This document shows positions 19,832-29,032 of a DNA stretch of 64,000 nt, piece by piece (position 1 is the first letter of the stretch; the number at the start of each line of letters is the position of its first letter). The DNA is from an uncultured Gammaproteobacteria bacterium. GTDB taxonomy: Bacteria > Pseudomonadota > Gammaproteobacteria > JABCZS01. The notes under the pieces are model-generated. The model did not search any database and was not told where the DNA came from. It saw only the letters and a list, made by a program, of their open reading frames with translations. Made by a program: the position numbers and the translations under genes. Location: contig CAWKDC010000003.1 of the NCBI GenBank assembly GCA_963848305.1, positions 128,001-192,000 of the forward strand, written 5' to 3'.

Positions 19832-20530
19832 ATGCCATTATTATTTAGATTTGCGAATAGAGTCATCTCATCATTTTCAGGTTCTCCTGAAGCCTATTTA
19901 AATGTCAGATCACCTCATATTTCAACGCTCACTATTGTCGGTCCAACAAAATTGTGGTCTCACCCACTCGATCAGGCGAGAGTGGATCTCATACATCCGA
20001 GCGATGAAGCGATCGATCACCTGATGACTTTCATTGAAAAGGATGGTCACGTAAAATCGTTAGATCTTGAAGCTGCAATTCTTTCCAAGCAATCAATGCA
20101 TATTGTTGCTCAGCGGATCAAACGTTGCACGGTACTTGAATCCCTTCGGATGAATGTTAAAACACTCGATGAAGATATCATGGTAAACCTCTTGCAAGGG
20201 TTAATTGAAAATCAAGGTCTCAAGGAGTTTACTGCTGTTGGTCGATTCATGATAGATGGAAATCAGCTTTTATCGAACGATGTGGTATCACGGATTGCTC
20301 ATCTGGTAGAAGCTAACCTAAGCCTGCAGAATATTGACTTGCGAGGCGCAACAGTGAGTGATACAGGTCGAGATTGTTTGCAAAGGCCTTACACCCATTC
20401 TCCTCACTCCCTCCCGAACCTGACCATTGGTATTTCTGTAAAACCTTGGTACGATAGAACCGTTCACACCCTTTCAAAGAAATTAACGCAACCCGCCAGC
20501 CCCACACACACATCCACCAATAAATCCTGA
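19832..20530 (+). CDS. Ribonuclease-inhibitor-like leucine-rich repeat protein (candidate secreted effector)
   Basis: ~28-residue repeats VKSLDL.., LESLRM.., NQGLKEF.., NLSLQNIDLRG..VSDTG; GGAG RBS before ATG 19832; 3' end overlaps holA. Confidence 0.6.
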   Translation: MPLLFRFANRVISSFSGSPEAYLNVRSPHISTLTIVGPTKLWSHPLDQARVDLIHPSDEAIDHLMTFIEKDGHVKSLDLEAAILSKQSMHIVAQRIKRCTVLESLRMNVKTLDEDIMVNLLQGLIENQGLKEFTAVGRFMIDGNQLLSNDVVSRIAHLVEANLSLQNIDLRGATVSDTGRDCLQRPYTHSPHSLPNLTIGISVKPWYDRTVHTLSKKLTQPASPTHTSTNKS

Positions 20531-21450
20531 GCAATGAAATTTTCATGCCCGCCTTTTAAAGCGCGATCGCAACGTGCACATTGTTTTAATAAATCAGACA
20601 AATCGGAGTCGCTCAAACGTTTCAATGCATTCATGAAGAGAGATTTGCGTTTGGGAAGGATCATCGGGTTTTGATTTGCTTTCAAGCCGATCAGTGTTTC
20701 AATATCGCGTGTCAGCGCCCATAAAATTAACACGCTCACATCAGATTGTGTATTCAATTGTTCTAATAATGAAATTGTCTTGGCAGCATCGCCTTTCAAG
20801 GCGGCATCAGTTAAATCGAAAACTTCGCAGGGGACTGTGTCAGGCAAATAATCCTGCAACACTTGCACATCAATGGTTTTAACAGGCAATGAAGACAAAC
20901 GTAACAAGGTTTGTTTGGCAGACAATAAATCTGAACATTGCGCTAAAAACAATGACCAGGCATCGGCCGTGAATTGCAAATTTGCCTGTTTCGCTAAACC
21001 TAAAACATAGTGCTGAAACGCATCGCCCTCGAGTGGCCACAATGGGAGCCAAACAACATGGGGTAATAATGCTTCAAACCACTTTGTTTTTTGTGTGGAT
21101 GATTCAATTTTGGGAGATACGATTGCGATGCATGCGCTGCCGGGAAAAGTTTGTGAGCAGGCATGAAGCTGCGCTTGAATGCCATCTTTGAATTTGGATT
21201 CTGTCATGTGGCATTCGTAAAAAGGTTTCGGTGTAAAAAGTGAAAAGTTTTGACGTTGCGCTTCGAAATGATGCCAATCATTTGCGTTGGTCAGTGAGAC
21301 AATTTCGCGTTCATAACCTTGTGCAATTGCGGCAGCACGCAGGCTGATCAGGGCTTCTTCTCTCAGCAGCGGATCGTCTGTACTGATCCAGTAGAACGGT
21401 TTGAGCGGGGCTTTCATCAATGAAGGCCAGTCTCGCCATTGTGCTTTCAT
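20464..21450 (-). CDS. holA: DNA polymerase III subunit delta
   Basis: DDPLLREEA, NFSLF, VFDLTDA, LILWAL; follows leuS-lptE. Confidence 0.88.
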   Translation of the reverse strand: MKAQWRDWPSLMKAPLKPFYWISTDDPLLREEALISLRAAAIAQGYEREIVSLTNANDWHHFEAQRQNFSLFTPKPFYECHMTESKFKDGIQAQLHACSQTFPGSACIAIVSPKIESSTQKTKWFEALLPHVVWLPLWPLEGDAFQHYVLGLAKQANLQFTADAWSLFLAQCSDLLSAKQTLLRLSSLPVKTIDVQVLQDYLPDTVPCEVFDLTDAALKGDAAKTISLLEQLNTQSDVSVLILWALTRDIETLIGLKANQNPMILPKRKSLFMNALKRLSDSDLSDLLKQCARCDRALKGGHENFIAQDLLVDVCVGLAGCVNFFERV

Positions 21451-21977
21451 GGGTTTTTTTCCTTTAATGCTTTTTCCTTGCGTTCCCGTGCGGCCACGAC
21501 ATTCAATCGGTAATAAATTTGTGCAGAGGCTTCTTCACGCATTTCAGCGATCATCACTGTTTCTTCTTGATTTTGACCCAATATGCGGCTTGGGTCAAGG
21601 TTTAGCATGCGATTGACTTGAACCGATTGTCCGCCGAGTGAGCCTGATACCGGTGAAATAATTTCAAAGAAAATCGTATAAATCATGTATTCTTGCTTCG
21701 CTTGCGCATCTGTGCCAATCACCAAAACTTCTCGCACATAATGCTCAGGTTTCAAGCGTATGACATACAGTTCGGCAGAGGCGGGAGAGACTGTCACGTT
21801 GATATCGCGCAAATAACGGCGAAAGACGCGTTGGAAATACTCTGTTGGGGAGTCTGGTTGAATGGCTAATGTGGTGACGAGATAATCGGCATTTCTCTGT
21901 GTACCTCGCAAATGAAACCCGCAGCTGACAATCAGCAAAACAGACAATAACAACGCGTATTTTAAACAGTGCTTCAT
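21447..21977 (-). CDS. lptE: LPS assembly lipoprotein LptE
   Basis: Lipobox IVSC-GFHLRG; between leuS and holA. Confidence 0.88.
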   Translation of the reverse strand: MKHCLKYALLLSVLLIVSCGFHLRGTQRNADYLVTTLAIQPDSPTEYFQRVFRRYLRDINVTVSPASAELYVIRLKPEHYVREVLVIGTDAQAKQEYMIYTIFFEIISPVSGSLGGQSVQVNRMLNLDPSRILGQNQEETVMIAEMREEASAQIYYRLNVVAARERKEKALKEKNP

Positions 21978-24406
21978 TCGGACACCACAATGTTGACGAG
22001 ACGATTTTTCACGACCACTATCTTCTTCACTGTTTTACCATCGATATACGTTTTCGCTTTCGGCGCATTCAAAGCCAAAGTTTGAATATCAGATTCGCCC
22101 ATGTCAACAGGGACTTCAATTTGGTCGCGTAATTTTCCATTGATTTGAACAACCAAAGTACATGACTCTTGTGTCAATGCAGCATGATCGACAAGCGGCC
22201 ACGCAGTCAGTGCGACAGGCTCTTGGTGGCCCTTGAGCGACCACAAATAATGCGCCACATGTGGAGTGAATGGTTCTAGCATACGTATCAAGGCACTGAC
22301 GGCCTCTTCAATTACGCCGGCATCACCCTCGTTATTGATGGGCGCTTTGATCAAAGCATTCGTCAGTTCCATCATGGATGCAATGGCTGTGTTAAAACTT
22401 TGACGACGTGCAATGTCGTCAGTGACCTTTTCAATGGTGAGATGCACAAGACGACGCAAAGATTTCTGATCGGGATTTAAATCTTTCAATGAGGGTGTAA
22501 AGGAATGTGATTGCGTTGCCAGCACAAAAAAACGTTTCAAATAACGGTGAGCCCCTTCAACGCCTTGATCACTCCATTCTAAACTCTGTTCCGGTGGTGC
22601 GGCAAACATGCTGAATAAACGGACCGTATCAGCCCCATATTTTTCAATCAGCGCATCGGGATCAACGGTGTTGCCTTTGGATTTAGACATTTTCGCGCCG
22701 TCCTTCAGCACCATGCCTTGAGTCAGCAATGCAGTGAAAGGTTCATTGCTGGTGACGAGTCCAGTATCGCGCATGGCTTTATGAAAAAATCGTGCATACA
22801 GTAAATGCATGCATGCATGTTCAATGCCGCCGACATATTGATTAACGGGCAACCAATCATTTGCGCGTTTATCTAGCATGGTTTTTGCATCGGGGCATGT
22901 ATAACGCGCATAATACCAGGAAGATTCCACAAAGGTATCAAACGTATCGGTTTCACGTTTAGCGGGTTGATGACATGTCGGGCAATTCACTGTATAAAAA
23001 CGGGGATCCTTGGTGAGTGGTGATGCTTTGCCATCAGGAAATAAATCAGTTGGTAATAGAACAGGTAAATCCTTTTCAGGAACCGGAACAGCGCCACACA
23101 CATCACAGTAAATAATCGGTATCGGTGTTCCCCAGTAACGTTGACGTGAAACGCTCCAGTCACGCAAACGAAAGGCTGTTTTCGGTGTGCCTTTGTGCTG
23201 AGATTTTAATAAATTGCTGATGTTCAACCGTGCATCGCTGCTCGTTTGCCCCGTGAATTCACCTGATGAAATAAGGACACCATCGTCAGTTAAGGCGGAT
23301 TTGTCATAATCATGAGCAGATTGATTATCAATCACCACGCGGATAGGCAAACCATATTGTTGTGCGAATTCGAAATCACGCTCATCGTGCGCAGGAACAG
23401 CCATCACTGCACCGCTACCGTAATCCATCAAGACAAAATTTGCGATCCAGATCGGCAGATTCTCGCCGGTGAGGGGATGAATTGCTTCTAAATGTGTATA
23501 CATGCCTTCCTTTTCAGCTGTAGCGATATCTGCTTCAGCGACAGAGCGCGTTTTGCAATGTTCTACAAATTTATTGATATCAGGATATTTTTTGGCAGCT
23601 TCGAGAGCGAGAGGATGTTGCGGGGCAATGGCCAAATAAGTTGCGCCAAAAATAGTGTCTAGGCGAGTGGTATAAATCGTCAGAGGAGTGTGATTGGGGA
23701 CCTCAAATACTACATCGCATCCCATCGACTTGCCAATCCAATTGCGTTGCATTGTACGAACTTGGTGAGGCCAATGGGTTAGCTTGTCAATGTCGTGTAA
23801 TAATTCATCTGCATAATCAGTGATTTTAATAAACCATTGCGGTATTTCACGTTGTTCAACCAATGCGCCGGAGCGCCAACCACGTCCGTCAATGACTTGT
23901 TCATTAGCGAGAACGGTTTGATCAACGGGATCCCAATTGATCAGGGTGGTTTTACGGTAAACGAGTCCCTTTTTCAAGAGTTGCAGAAAAAACCATTGTT
24001 CATGCTGATAATATTCAGGTTCACATGTGGTGATTTCACGTGACCAATCGAAAGAGAAACCGAGGCGTTGAAATTGCGCTTTCATGGTGGCAATGTTTTT
24101 TTTAGTCCACGCTGCGGGTGCCACTTTGTGTGCAATCGCTGCATTTTCTGCAGGAAGACCAAATGAATCCCAGCCGATGGGATGAAGCACATTTTTATTC
24201 TGCATGCGTTGAAAGCGGGCAATCACATCACCAAGCGTATAATTACGCACATGCCCCATGTGAAGATGACCACTTGGATAGGGCAGCATGCTTAAGCAAA
24301 AAAATTTTTCGCGCGTATCATGATGATCGTTGGCTTGAAAAGTGTGATGTTCAGCCCAATAGGTTTGTGCCTGCGTTTCTATGGTTTTTGGTTCATATGT
24401 GTTCAT
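21974..24406 (-). CDS. leuS: Leucine--tRNA ligase
   Basis: PYPSGHLHMGH, KMSKSKGN, editing-domain GSGAVMAVPAHDERD. Confidence 0.98.
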   Translation of the reverse strand: MNTYEPKTIETQAQTYWAEHHTFQANDHHDTREKFFCLSMLPYPSGHLHMGHVRNYTLGDVIARFQRMQNKNVLHPIGWDSFGLPAENAAIAHKVAPAAWTKKNIATMKAQFQRLGFSFDWSREITTCEPEYYQHEQWFFLQLLKKGLVYRKTTLINWDPVDQTVLANEQVIDGRGWRSGALVEQREIPQWFIKITDYADELLHDIDKLTHWPHQVRTMQRNWIGKSMGCDVVFEVPNHTPLTIYTTRLDTIFGATYLAIAPQHPLALEAAKKYPDINKFVEHCKTRSVAEADIATAEKEGMYTHLEAIHPLTGENLPIWIANFVLMDYGSGAVMAVPAHDERDFEFAQQYGLPIRVVIDNQSAHDYDKSALTDDGVLISSGEFTGQTSSDARLNISNLLKSQHKGTPKTAFRLRDWSVSRQRYWGTPIPIIYCDVCGAVPVPEKDLPVLLPTDLFPDGKASPLTKDPRFYTVNCPTCHQPAKRETDTFDTFVESSWYYARYTCPDAKTMLDKRANDWLPVNQYVGGIEHACMHLLYARFFHKAMRDTGLVTSNEPFTALLTQGMVLKDGAKMSKSKGNTVDPDALIEKYGADTVRLFSMFAAPPEQSLEWSDQGVEGAHRYLKRFFVLATQSHSFTPSLKDLNPDQKSLRRLVHLTIEKVTDDIARRQSFNTAIASMMELTNALIKAPINNEGDAGVIEEAVSALIRMLEPFTPHVAHYLWSLKGHQEPVALTAWPLVDHAALTQESCTLVVQINGKLRDQIEVPVDMGESDIQTLALNAPKAKTYIDGKTVKKIVVVKNRLVNIVVSE

Positions 24407-26442
24407 TGTGATGCATTCCTATTCAAAACAAATCCAAGGATGAATGAAAATTCTTCTGCCACTTCTTCAATTTCATGGTAACGACCTGTTCGACCTTGAT
24501 GGCCAGCACTCATTTGTACTTTCAACAAAATGGGCGCATTATTTATTTGATTATCGCGCAAACGTGCGACCCATTTAGCTGCTTCCCAGTAGGGTACACG
24601 AGGATCATTCAAACCTGCTGTCGCGAACACCGTAGGATACGCTGCCTGTCGTACATTTTCGTATGGCGCATAAGATCGGATATATTCGTAATAAGTGGGA
24701 TCGTGCGGGTTTCCCCATTCTTCGTATTCGAGCACTGTAAGCGGGAGCTTTTCATCCAACATGGTGTTCAAAACATCTACAAAGGGAACATGTGCAATGG
24801 CGGCGCGAAACAGTTCAGGCGCTTCATTCAGCACGGCGCCAATCAACAATCCTCCTGCGCTGCCGCCTGATATGATCATTTGATCAGCTGAGGTGTATTG
24901 CTGTTCAATGAGATATTTTGCGCAGTCAATGAAGTCTGTGAAGGTGTTTTTTTTATGTAAAAAACGGCCTGCTTCATGCCAAGCATCCCCATATTCACCG
25001 CCGCCGCGAATATGCGCAATGGCATAAATAAAGCCACGGTTGAGTAAACTCAGTCGTGAATATGAAAAATAAGGATCGCTATCGATGCCGTAAGCGCCGT
25101 ACCCGTTAAGTGACAGAGGCATATTGTTTTGTTTTAAAGCAGTCTTGTAGACGAGAGAGATAGGAATGCGTGTGCCATCTCGAGCTGTCGCAAAAATACG
25201 CTCACTGGTATAGTCTTTAGCATTGAAATCGCCTAAGACAGGCGCTTGTTTAAGCAATTTTTTCTCACGTGTATTCATGTCATATGCAAAATCGCACGGC
25301 GGAGATGCCAGAGAAACGTATGTCAGTCTCAAGCTGTCTGTTGCGTATTCCCAGTTTTGACCAAGATGGATGGTGTAGGTCGGTTCATCAAACGTCATCC
25401 AATGGCGACTTAAATCGTCAACCTTTAAAATACAAATTTGCGATAATCCATCGCGACGACATTCAAGCACAATGTGATCTTTGAAAATAGAAAAACCATC
25501 CAGCGGGACAGAGGGTGCCAGAAGCACAACCGTTTCCCATTGATCATGTGCAATGTTATCAATACGGCAGCGCTTGAGCGAGAAACTGGCACCGTCTTCG
25601 TTGGTACGAATATAAAAATACTCGCCTTGGTGATCGATATCATATTCGTGACTGTGTTCGCGCGCATGAAATAATTGTAGAGGTCCTCGAGGTTGATGGG
25701 CTTCAGTGAAATAAACCTCGCTCGTTAATTTGCTGGCAATGTTGATCAACAAGTAGGCATCGCTCATACTCCGGTAGATGGCGAGTGAATAGCGTTCATC
25801 TTTTTCTTCATGGATCAGTTCGTCTGCTTGTTCGCCTTGTGTATCGTGGCACCAGACTTGATAGGGGCGTTGCGCGTCATCATAACGGCAATACCAGATA
25901 TCGCGGTGATTTGTGCTGAACACAATGCTGCTCGCCACATCTTCCAAAATACGTGTATGTGCCCCTGGTTTTTCAAGATCTAACATCCAGACTTCATAGC
26001 GCTCGTCGCCACTGGTATCTACAGAAATGGCCAATTTATTTTGAATGATATTCAGGGCGTATTGGCCGACCTCGAAATAATCATATTGACTTGCATGCGT
26101 ATTTTCATCAAAAATAATGGTTTCAGGCCCACCGCCTCTGGGACGTCGGCAGAATATATCGTGCTGCAAGCCTTCTTGGGTTTTGAAATAATATTCATAA
26201 TCCCCATAGGGCCAGGGGAAGTCTTGATCGGTTTCTTGAATACGAGCCAAGGTTTCATTATAAATAGTTTGCTTGATAGCTTTATGAGGCTCAAGCATGT
26301 GTTCAGTGTAAGCATTTTCTGCCTGAAGATGTGCAATCACTTCAGAATTATCACGTTCAACCAGCCAGTGGTAAGGGTCAGCGCGCTTGACGCCCTGTTC
26401 CTCATGTACATAGGGATGTTGCGCGGTTTTAGGTGGGTTCAT
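24403..26442 (-). CDS. ptrB: Oligopeptidase B (peptidase S9A)
   Basis: DPYHWL, GYGAYG, GGSAGG, DPRVPYWE, AGH catalytic triad motifs. Confidence 0.93.
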   Translation of the reverse strand: MNPPKTAQHPYVHEEQGVKRADPYHWLVERDNSEVIAHLQAENAYTEHMLEPHKAIKQTIYNETLARIQETDQDFPWPYGDYEYYFKTQEGLQHDIFCRRPRGGGPETIIFDENTHASQYDYFEVGQYALNIIQNKLAISVDTSGDERYEVWMLDLEKPGAHTRILEDVASSIVFSTNHRDIWYCRYDDAQRPYQVWCHDTQGEQADELIHEEKDERYSLAIYRSMSDAYLLINIASKLTSEVYFTEAHQPRGPLQLFHAREHSHEYDIDHQGEYFYIRTNEDGASFSLKRCRIDNIAHDQWETVVLLAPSVPLDGFSIFKDHIVLECRRDGLSQICILKVDDLSRHWMTFDEPTYTIHLGQNWEYATDSLRLTYVSLASPPCDFAYDMNTREKKLLKQAPVLGDFNAKDYTSERIFATARDGTRIPISLVYKTALKQNNMPLSLNGYGAYGIDSDPYFSYSRLSLLNRGFIYAIAHIRGGGEYGDAWHEAGRFLHKKNTFTDFIDCAKYLIEQQYTSADQMIISGGSAGGLLIGAVLNEAPELFRAAIAHVPFVDVLNTMLDEKLPLTVLEYEEWGNPHDPTYYEYIRSYAPYENVRQAAYPTVFATAGLNDPRVPYWEAAKWVARLRDNQINNAPILLKVQMSAGHQGRTGRYHEIEEVAEEFSFILGFVLNRNASQ

Positions 26443-26521
26443 CGTACGCTCCTCGGGTAAGGCGTATTATATGCTATTTATGGTACGATTAGGCAAGCTT
26501 CCGAATCAAGAAAGGTTAATT

Positions 26522-29032
26522 TTGCACAACAACTATTTATTAACAGTCAATCGTCGTTTGGCCAGATCGCTCAAGGCTGCACGTGCCAAGGGAGAAGGGC
26601 CTTTGAACGCATTTGCGGGTAAGATCATGGCGTTTGACGACTTCCTAGCGGCAACCTATGAAAGTCAGCGCGTTTCAGGCAATGCCTACTGGCGTTTGTC
26701 TTCCCTTCAAGAAAGAATGCTGTGGGTTGAATCCTTGTCTCACTGCTATACGCTAGGGTTTTCTCGTGAGCAAACCATTCAATCCGCACGGGATGCCTAT
26801 GCCCGGGTGAAAGCCTATCAGTTAACCACCGGGCAGTTACAAGGGTACAAAGAAGATGGGGATCTATTTGTGCAATCCATGCAATTGTTTGAGGAAAAAT
26901 GCCACGCATTGGGGGCCATTGCCAGCAGTGCGGTGCTGGAACACACATTGCCTTTTCCTTGCGAGAACATCATATTTTATGGATTTGACGAATTCACGCC
27001 TGCTCAACAAAGTTTGATCGATCAGTTTTCTTCGGGTGGTACGCGGATCGAGATCATGCCTCAACCGCATCGACCGAGCACTGTGGTCAAAACTGCTGCC
27101 ATTGATAGGCAAGATGAATTATACCGCGCGGCATGCTATGCACAGAAAATGCATGAGCAGGGAAAAACCATGGCGATTGTGGTGCCGCAATTGCAATCAG
27201 AATGGCATGCGGTGGAACGACAGATGGCTGCCGTGTTTAAGCCAGGTTACTATTTTCCGGGGGCACCAGTATCAGATACGCCCTATAACATTTCTGCTGG
27301 CGAATCACTCAGTGCGCAACCAATGATACATGCTTTGCTACAAACCTTTGAATTATTGCAGCGTGAGACACGGATACAAGTTTGGCAAAATATTCTGCAT
27401 TCGCCCTTTATCAAAGGGGGTATGAGTGAGGCGAGCGAGAGAGCCGTTTTTGATTTCATCATTCACGATACTGAATCGCTCACATTAACACTGGACACTG
27501 TCAGACAGATGGATGTGGCTATTCCAGAGATACTGCGTGAACAGTTGGAACAGGTTTCATTCATTAAATCTAGCATTTATCAAAACAGATCCATGAAAGC
27601 ATGGATGATATGGCTAAAAGACTGGATTGCAACATGGGGATGGGCTCAAGAGCGCACATTGAACAGTGCTGAATATCAATGCGTGAATATGTTCTATGAA
27701 ATTTTGCCATCGCTTTTTCAGTATGATGTATTGAAGCAATCATGCTCATTCAGGGAATTTTTGGATGCCTTACATGTTTTGCTGAAAGAAACATTGTTTC
27801 AAATCGAAACACAAGACAAACCCATTCAAGTGCTGGGGTTGCTGGAAGCAGCAGGGTTATCGTTCGATTGTATTTGGATCGTGGGTTTAACTGCAGATGT
27901 TTTCCCCGGAAGAGCATCACCACATCCATTTTTACCGACACAGACACAAATTCAACTCAACATGCCCCATTGCAGTTCGTCGAGAGAATTGCAGGTTGCT
28001 CAACGGTTATTAGATCGTTTGCTTGTCAGCGCTGATCACGTGATTTTATCGTATCCGATGCACGATGCTTCAGGTGAAGTGCAATTAGAAAGTCCGTTGA
28101 TAGCACAATATTCCTATCAATCAATGAACGAGTTGGTTGAGACTCCGTCGAGAATGAGCAGAGTGATTGCGCAGTGTCAACACATGCATGAATATCAGGA
28201 TGATAATGGTTCAGCATTGTCAAATATTCACTTGAAAGGCGGCAGTGCTGTTTTTAAAGATCAAAGTGCTTGTGCATTTCGTGGTTACCTTAAACATCGT
28301 TTAGGTGCCCGGGCACCAAAATCACCTGTCATGGGGTTAAGTGAAGCGATGCAAGGCAAAATCGCGCACGAGATTCTTGAAAAATTTTGGAGTTCCATTA
28401 AAACGCAGGCAGCGTTGATCGCATTGGATGATGAAAGCATTCGAGATGATATGATAAAACATATTGAACTCGTGCTCCATCAAGTTTCGCCAGCGTTAGC
28501 AGCACGCAGTATCGAGATTGAATCACAACGTCTGATAGACTTAATGTGCCGATGGGTTGAGATTGAAAAATCGAGAGAACCTTTTCAAGTGATAGCCACC
28601 GAGCAAAGAATCGACGCACAGGTATTTGGATTGAATGTTAAACTGACTATTGATAGGATTGATCAAGTTCAGAACGATCAGACTTTACTGATCGACTATA
28701 AAACAGGAGATGTTCGCATTGAATCATGGAACGATGATCGCATGGATGAACCTCAATTACCGCTTTATGCCATCGTTTCGAATCCTACCCCAGCTGACAT
28801 CAGTTTTGCCTGCTTGAAAAAAAATAAAATGGGGATGAAGCGTATTCACGAAGAAGATCCGATAAAATGGCAGTCCATGCTACAAACATTCCGTGAACGT
28901 ATTTCACGATTGGCAGATGAAATCAAAAGGGGATATGCAGCAAAGAATCCAAAAAATGGATCGAGCACGTGTGAGACTTGTGATCTGCAATCAGGTTGTC
29001 GTTTATATACGGGAGGCGTAAATGCAGGATAG
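26522..29032 (+). CDS. addB: AddB-like helicase/nuclease subunit with PD-(D/E)xK nuclease and Fe-S cysteines
   Basis: TVNRRLAR, GFDEFTP, GLLEAAG, IDRID..LIDYKTG, PQLPLY, C-terminal CxxCxxxxxC; start may be TTG 26522 or ATG 26471. Confidence 0.8.
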   Translation: MHNNYLLTVNRRLARSLKAARAKGEGPLNAFAGKIMAFDDFLAATYESQRVSGNAYWRLSSLQERMLWVESLSHCYTLGFSREQTIQSARDAYARVKAYQLTTGQLQGYKEDGDLFVQSMQLFEEKCHALGAIASSAVLEHTLPFPCENIIFYGFDEFTPAQQSLIDQFSSGGTRIEIMPQPHRPSTVVKTAAIDRQDELYRAACYAQKMHEQGKTMAIVVPQLQSEWHAVERQMAAVFKPGYYFPGAPVSDTPYNISAGESLSAQPMIHALLQTFELLQRETRIQVWQNILHSPFIKGGMSEASERAVFDFIIHDTESLTLTLDTVRQMDVAIPEILREQLEQVSFIKSSIYQNRSMKAWMIWLKDWIATWGWAQERTLNSAEYQCVNMFYEILPSLFQYDVLKQSCSFREFLDALHVLLKETLFQIETQDKPIQVLGLLEAAGLSFDCIWIVGLTADVFPGRASPHPFLPTQTQIQLNMPHCSSSRELQVAQRLLDRLLVSADHVILSYPMHDASGEVQLESPLIAQYSYQSMNELVETPSRMSRVIAQCQHMHEYQDDNGSALSNIHLKGGSAVFKDQSACAFRGYLKHRLGARAPKSPVMGLSEAMQGKIAHEILEKFWSSIKTQAALIALDDESIRDDMIKHIELVLHQVSPALAARSIEIESQRLIDLMCRWVEIEKSREPFQVIATEQRIDAQVFGLNVKLTIDRIDQVQNDQTLLIDYKTGDVRIESWNDDRMDEPQLPLYAIVSNPTPADISFACLKKNKMGMKRIHEEDPIKWQSMLQTFRERISRLADEIKRGYAAKNPKNGSSTCETCDLQSGCRLYTGGVNAG

